Shown here piece by piece: positions 27,567 through 32,000 of a stretch of DNA of 32,000 nucleotides. The position numbers and the translations under genes were made by a program. Position 1 is the stretch's first letter. Each line of letters opens with the position of its first letter. Source of the DNA: Cylindrospermopsis raciborskii Cr2010 (GTDB lineage: Bacteria; Cyanobacteriota; Cyanobacteriia; Cyanobacteriales; Nostocaceae); assembly GCF_003367075.2 (NCBI RefSeq), contig NZ_CP065936.1:1350001-1382000 (forward strand), written 5' to 3'. Under the pieces are notes generated by a model. It made no database searches. It was given only the letters and a program-made list of their open reading frames with translations, and was not told the DNA's origin.

Positions 27567-28739
27567 TCAATCATTAGCTAAGTCATCCCGCCATTTTTGG
27601 ACGTTTTGAGGTTTTTGTGACTCCATTTGTTGGTTGTCTGTGAACCTTTCCCAGCTCCAGGTTCCCCATTTGAGAGGTTTTTGTCTCTCTAAATGACTAA
27701 TAAATTCTATAATTGGTTGATCTAGTTCTAGGGGATGTTGTAAGTTAAACTGAATGTTGTTACGATTATTTTTCCCCGGTTTAGGAAAAAGTCTACCGTG
27801 TTGATTTGACATATAGTTAATGGCATTAATCACGATTTTACTCAACCAAAGAAGGAATTTGCCATATATATGACCAATAATACCTGGACGTTTTTTAGCG
27901 ATAAAAATTCTTATTCCCGTGGTTTTTCCTGATTCTATTAAACGCAGTGCATAAAGGATGTGACAGTTAAACTGAAAATGTAAAAACCTAATTTCCACCC
28001 TGACTATCATTGTGATCCCATACCAGTAACAAAGATGATAGCTGATAGGTGGATTAAGCAAAAATCGGAGAATTTTAATTGGAGAATTAGAATTATAGTT
28101 ATTACACTGCTGATTGTACCTGAAAATAATTGCATTCTCATTCAGTTCTTGTTTTTGAAAACTAGATTCCCATACTTGTCTATGAATATTGTAAAAATGC
28201 TGAGCATCAATAGGATTAACCATCACAATATGAGGATGACAATGGATGAGAAACTTACCACCAAAGGCTATATCTAGTTCTGCAACTTCCAACTCCGGAA
28301 TAAAAGGTAAAGATTGCTGAGGATTTTCTCCTGTCCATACCCAAATCAAACCATATTTTTCCTCGGTAGGCCAATTTCTAGCTTTAATAGATTTAGTAGC
28401 TGTAGTATCTATGCTTTCATCCAAACAGGGAATCTTGGTGCAAAAACCCTCTTGATCATATTGCCAGTGATGTAAAAAACAACGTAGTTCATTACCTTTC
28501 ACCTTACCCTCCCCAAGATGAGCACCCATGTGTGGACAGTAAGCATCGAAGATAACTACCAGTCCATCTTCTCCACGATAGATTACCAATTCTTTCCCCA
28601 AAATAGTGATAGGTTTTACCTCACCAACTAATAATTTATGGGAAGGTAGCACCCAGTACCAACCTTCAATAAAACGCTCTGGTTGGTTAAATATTCTTGG
28701 CTTTCTGGTATAGTTAGAATTTATGGGTTTAGGCTTCAT
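27567..28739 (-). CDS. Rieske 2Fe-2S oxygenase, aromatic ring-hydroxylating dioxygenase alpha-subunit-like
   Basis: CPHMGAHLGEGKVKGNELRCFLHHW gives CxH...CxxH; downstream NPIDAQHFYNIH fits a mononuclear iron site. Confidence 0.88.
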   Translation of the reverse strand: MKPKPINSNYTRKPRIFNQPERFIEGWYWVLPSHKLLVGEVKPITILGKELVIYRGEDGLVVIFDAYCPHMGAHLGEGKVKGNELRCFLHHWQYDQEGFCTKIPCLDESIDTTATKSIKARNWPTEEKYGLIWVWTGENPQQSLPFIPELEVAELDIAFGGKFLIHCHPHIVMVNPIDAQHFYNIHRQVWESSFQKQELNENAIIFRYNQQCNNYNSNSPIKILRFLLNPPISYHLCYWYGITMIVRVEIRFLHFQFNCHILYALRLIESGKTTGIRIFIAKKRPGIIGHIYGKFLLWLSKIVINAINYMSNQHGRLFPKPGKNNRNNIQFNLQHPLELDQPIIEFISHLERQKPLKWGTWSWERFTDNQQMESQKPQNVQKWRDDLAND

Positions 28740-28860
28740 TTTCAGAATCTACACTTGTGGTGAACTGGGTAATCTAGCAATATCATTTTCCCAGAACAAA
28801 AACAGTTGTTTTCAGTACTATAGCTGTAGCCAACTCTCATTCTTCTCCATTATCCATTAA

Positions 28861-28930
28861 ACAATTATTTGTAGGGGCGATCGCGTAACCGATGGGGGTG
28901 TTGGGTTTCATACTTCAACCCACCTACTTA
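28861..28930 (+). repeat. MITE-like repeat, copy E, left end truncated
   Basis: ACAATTATTTGTAGGGGCGATCGCGTAACCGATGGGGGTGTTGGGTTTCATACTTCAACCCACCTACTTA; shares core and right terminus with A/B and contains a HIP1 site. Confidence 0.7.
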
Positions 28931-28948
28931 TCAAGTATATCTTTACCG

Positions 28949-29755
28949 TTAATTACAAATAAAAACGGGAGGTAAAATGGCGTTTTGTAAATTGGCACCT
29001 GTTAAATTAGCACCTGTTAAATTAGCACATCTAAGATTCGCTCCCTGAAGATTGGCACCAGCTAAATTAGCATCTTTTAAATTAGCACCTGTTAGGTCAG
29101 CACTAGTTAAATTAGCTTCCATGAAATTGGCGCGACATAAATAGGAACTTCCTAAATGGGATCTGCTTAAATTGGCTCTGGATAAATTTGTGTTATATAA
29201 GTAACTATTTATAATTTCAGCTTCATACAAATTACAGTCTTGTAAATTACTACCAATTAAATTAGCTCCGATTAAGTTGGCAAAACTCAGATTACTGCGT
29301 ATAAGTTTACTATAAGCGAAATCAACACCGTTTAAATTGGCATAATAAAAGTCAGTTCCAATTAAGTTGGCACTGGTAACTACTGCATCCTGTAGGTTTG
29401 AATTTTTTAGATCTGCTCCAATTAGAACTGCTCCATCTAAATTTGCACGCATTAAGTTGGCATTTTGCAAGTTAGCGACACTTAAATTAGCCTTTCTAAG
29501 ATTTGCCTGAACTAATTTAGCGCTATTTAGATTAGCAGCACTTAAATTGGCATCTTGAAAATCTGCTCTTACCAGCAAAGCATGGCTAAAGTCCACCTGA
29601 TTTAAATTGACATTTTGGAAATTAGCACCACGAAAATTCTCCCCTCTTAAATTAGAGGTACTTAAATCAACTTGAAGTTCTGGGTTTCGTGCTCTCCAAT
29701 CTAACCAGGTAACAGCACCTGCTTTGAGTAGGGTAAGATGTGTTTCAATTGCCAT
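28949..29755 (-). CDS. Pentapeptide repeat protein
   Basis: Long run of A(N/D)LxX repeats; start probably MAIETHLTLLKAG at 29755, 17 bp downstream of the ccmP stop. Confidence 0.9.
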   Translation of the reverse strand: MAIETHLTLLKAGAVTWLDWRARNPELQVDLSTSNLRGENFRGANFQNVNLNQVDFSHALLVRADFQDANLSAANLNSAKLVQANLRKANLSVANLQNANLMRANLDGAVLIGADLKNSNLQDAVVTSANLIGTDFYYANLNGVDFAYSKLIRSNLSFANLIGANLIGSNLQDCNLYEAEIINSYLYNTNLSRANLSRSHLGSSYLCRANFMEANLTSADLTGANLKDANLAGANLQGANLRCANLTGANLTGANLQNAILPPVFICN

Positions 29756-29771
29756 TTTAGTTATCCTGTCA

Positions 29772-30410
29772 CTATTCTTTACGATGGCCTTGGGGAGCAC
29801 GACCGGGAACATTTTCAATAGCTGCTAAAGCTCCAGCAGCACCAGCTAAAATATCTCGTTCTGTTCCCCCTAGATAAAGTCTGCCAAAACTACCCACTGG
29901 TAAAACTTCTAGAATATTAATCGCAGCAGCTTTTTCCGCTTCATTAGCAGCTAATGCTGCATAAGCAGCAGGTTCAACTTCTAAAACGTAGAGGGTTTGT
30001 CCAGCTAATAACAGTTGTCCACGACGACTACGGTTGATCAGCTGAGTTTGATAAGCATCAATGTTGCGAATAATTTGACTGGAAATGACTCGTGGTTTGA
30101 GACAGTCCTCTTTTTTGACTCCCAATAGGTCCAAAACTGCTTGTCCTGCTGCTCTTGTTTCCCCCTGGGATCCCGAGTGTAGTTCCAACATTCCATATAG
30201 TCTTTCTACTATTTGCCACCCTGGACGCACGGAAGCAGATTTTAAGGCAACATCAGTAATTTTATTGATTTCAATACCGGGTGAAATTTCAATCCAGATG
30301 GAAGTGTCACCCGGTAAAGGTAAAAAACCTTGGGCCACTGTTCCCATATATGCCGCATGTTGCGGTTGTAAGTTGTCTAGAAATACGTAACTGCGTAATT
30401 CTATGCCCAA
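29772..30410 (-). CDS. ccmP: Tandem-BMC-domain carboxysome shell protein CcmP
   Basis: [59 protein letters not shown]...[58 protein letters not shown] closely matches the CcmP sequence as I recall it from Synechococcus; two BMC-like halves. Confidence 0.92.
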   Translation of the reverse strand: MGIELRSYVFLDNLQPQHAAYMGTVAQGFLPLPGDTSIWIEISPGIEINKITDVALKSASVRPGWQIVERLYGMLELHSGSQGETRAAGQAVLDLLGVKKEDCLKPRVISSQIIRNIDAYQTQLINRSRRGQLLLAGQTLYVLEVEPAAYAALAANEAEKAAAINILEVLPVGSFGRLYLGGTERDILAGAAGALAAIENVPGRAPQGHRKE

Positions 30411-30841
30411 AGTTTTGCACCTCCGTCTGTTCGTGTCAACAGTTTACCAAAATATCTTCTCAGAAAAAACGCGCATTTTGGTACAACTATAACAAAGAAA
30501 TGTCTGACACTGGTAGGATGGGTTTAGGGGAAGTTTGATGAGTCAGATTGAGAATGACAACTAGGTAAAGTAGAAAAGTAATGAAAACTGCCTGTATGAG
30601 TCTTTGTAGCATAACACTCCCCCCACTTAATAAATAGCATTTTTAATCTGATTAATTGAACCACTAATCTGAATACAGCCTTGGGATTTACCCGATGATA
30701 TGTTATGATATTCGGGTCTGTTATAACCCAGACCGGAAGTGCCATTAAAAGTTCCTCTTGAAATATGAGATATGGCCATTAATCCAGTCCATTCTCTCGA
30801 ACCTCGAATAAAATAAAGGGTAAATAGCTACAAATAACCTC

Positions 30842-31447
30842 ATGATTCCTATCGTTATTGAACAATCGGGTCGAGGCGAACGCGCCTTTGATATCTATTC
30901 ACGTTTGCTGCGCGAACGGATCGTTTTTTTAGGGCAACAGGTGGATAGCAGTTTAGCTAATCTAATAGTGGCCCAACTGCTGTTCTTAGACTCTGAAGAC
31001 CCGGAGAAAGATATTTATATGTATATCAACTCTCCCGGTGGTTCAGTGACAGCAGGAATGGGAATTTTTGATACTATGAAGAACATCCGCCCTAATGTGT
31101 GTACTATTTGTACAGGACTGGCTGCCAGTATGGGGGCCTTTCTATTGAGTGCAGGTACTAAAGGTAAACGTATGAGTTTACCTCACTCGCGCATCATGAT
31201 TCACCAGCCATTAGGCGGTGCTCAGGGACAAGCTACAGATATAGAAATTCAAGCTCGGGAAATTCTATATCACAAACGCAAGCTAAACGAATATTTGGCT
31301 GAACATACTGGTCAGCCATTTGACCGAATAGCCGAAGATACGGAGCGAGATTTTTTCATGTCTCCCCAAGAGGCCAGGGAATATGGACTTATTGACCAAG
31401 TAATTGACCGACATGCAGCTGGTAGTCGCCCCCTGGCCCTACTATAA
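30842..31447 (+). CDS. clpP: ATP-dependent Clp protease proteolytic subunit
   Basis: [45 protein letters not shown] (Ser), [10 protein letters not shown] (His), [14 protein letters not shown] (Asp). Confidence 0.95.
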   Translation: MIPIVIEQSGRGERAFDIYSRLLRERIVFLGQQVDSSLANLIVAQLLFLDSEDPEKDIYMYINSPGGSVTAGMGIFDTMKNIRPNVCTICTGLAASMGAFLLSAGTKGKRMSLPHSRIMIHQPLGGAQGQATDIEIQAREILYHKRKLNEYLAEHTGQPFDRIAEDTERDFFMSPQEAREYGLIDQVIDRHAAGSRPLALL

Positions 31448-31452
31448 ACTGT

Positions 31453-31480
31453 GGATGATTGGGAGTAATCCCCATCATCC
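31453..31480. terminator. Candidate hairpin terminator downstream of clpP
   Basis: GGATGATTGGGA - GTAA - TCCCCATCATCC, 12-bp stem with one mismatch, starting 6 bp after the clpP stop; no strong T-tract. Confidence 0.45.
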
Positions 31481-31853
31481 AATTCTCCAGAATTTCAACA
31501 GCGGAAATTTGGATTCGAGTGCTAGTGATACCTTTAATAGTGCTATTAATAATGCTATGGTGATTACCTCAACTAAAATGTCTAGGAGTATTTTCTGCGA
31601 GTGTGCTCTAAATCTACAATAATGAAGATGGAGTTCGCTGTCATTGCTCATTCAGTTGCCAACCTGATTGTCACCAATTTTACAAATAATTGGGTAAATC
31701 GGCAGTTTCTCTTGGTTAAAACTCAGATTCATACGTTTACGAGAGTCTAAGGGAACGGGTAAATCGTTGGCAATATGTGTAGACTGTGAGGATATACAGG
31801 TAAGAACCAGATAACAAGAAAAATGATGTTTTGACCAAAGGCCAGTTCACTGC

Positions 31854-32000
31854 ATGGAATTTTCAATCGCTACACTCCTTGCCAATTTTACCGATGACAA
31901 ATTGGTAGCTAGGAAGGTTCTGGAAAAAAAATTGGGTTGTGAAGATGAGGATAGTTTGGAAAAACTTCATATTGCTTTGGAGGTGCTCGAAAAAGTTGGA
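31854..32000 (+). CDS. RNase II/R-family exoribonuclease, 3'-truncated by the window edge
   Basis: Not in the ORF track. ATG at 31854 gives MEFSIATLLANFTDDKLVARKVLEKKLGCEDEDSLEKLHIALEVLEKVG, open to the edge and resembling the N-terminus of cyanobacterial VacB-like RNases. Confidence 0.65.
   Translation, partial: MEFSIATLLANFTDDKLVARKVLEKKLGCEDEDSLEKLHIALEVLEKVG

Noticed and set aside
27567-28739. Assignment of the Rieske protein to a saxitoxin pathway (SxtT/SxtH)
   Set aside because: No neighbouring sxt genes and no reliable sequence basis for that specific assignment.
28949-29755. Regular interspaced repeats resembling a CRISPR array
   Set aside because: The short periodic AAATTAG-C pattern is the 15-bp period of pentapeptide codons within an open reading frame, with no spacers and no cas genes.
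1-32000. Dedicated anti-phage, toxin-antitoxin or retron system
   Set aside because: No convincing paired toxin/antitoxin, RT, helicase-nuclease or STAND ATPase gene found; the DUF3782-type nuclease-like protein alone is insufficient.

Overview
This 32 kb window reads as an ordinary, gene-dense cyanobacterial chromosome segment. It is probably Nostocales-like, inferred from gene content, HIP1 (GCGATCGC) sites and the repeat family. I recognise: glcD (5'-truncated); an S4 protein; a GHL10/DUF187-type glycoside hydrolase; a DUF2993-like protein; tRNA-Arg(ACG); moaC; a STAS protein; two receiver-SpoIIE phosphatases, one next to an RsbW-like kinase; DUF1350; YtxH- and DUF948-like proteins; a Psb32-like TPM protein; a papain-family (C1) protease with an acidic, possibly TerB-like tail; a HAD phosphatase; queG; a coiled-coil PD-(D/E)XK-like protein with in-frame DNA tandem repeats; a WecG/TagA glycosyltransferase; DUF4330-like, ankyrin, DUF4079-like and DUF1997-like proteins; an NAD(P)-binding protein; plsX-fabH-fabD; a Ser/Thr kinase fused to a formylglycine-generating-enzyme-like domain; a Rieske oxygenase; a pentapeptide repeat protein directly downstream of ccmP; clpP; and the 5' end of an RNase II/R-family gene. 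I found no CRISPR array, prophage, reverse transcriptase or transposase, and no clear new multi-gene system. The most interesting items are a dispersed MITE-like repeat family (5 full, deleted or truncated copies), the 75/54/75-bp modular repeat in the nuclease-like gene, the ccmP-pentapeptide pair, the protease with an acidic tail, the kinase-FGE fusion, and an orphan intrinsic terminator abutting a repeat copy and an unannotated open stretch.
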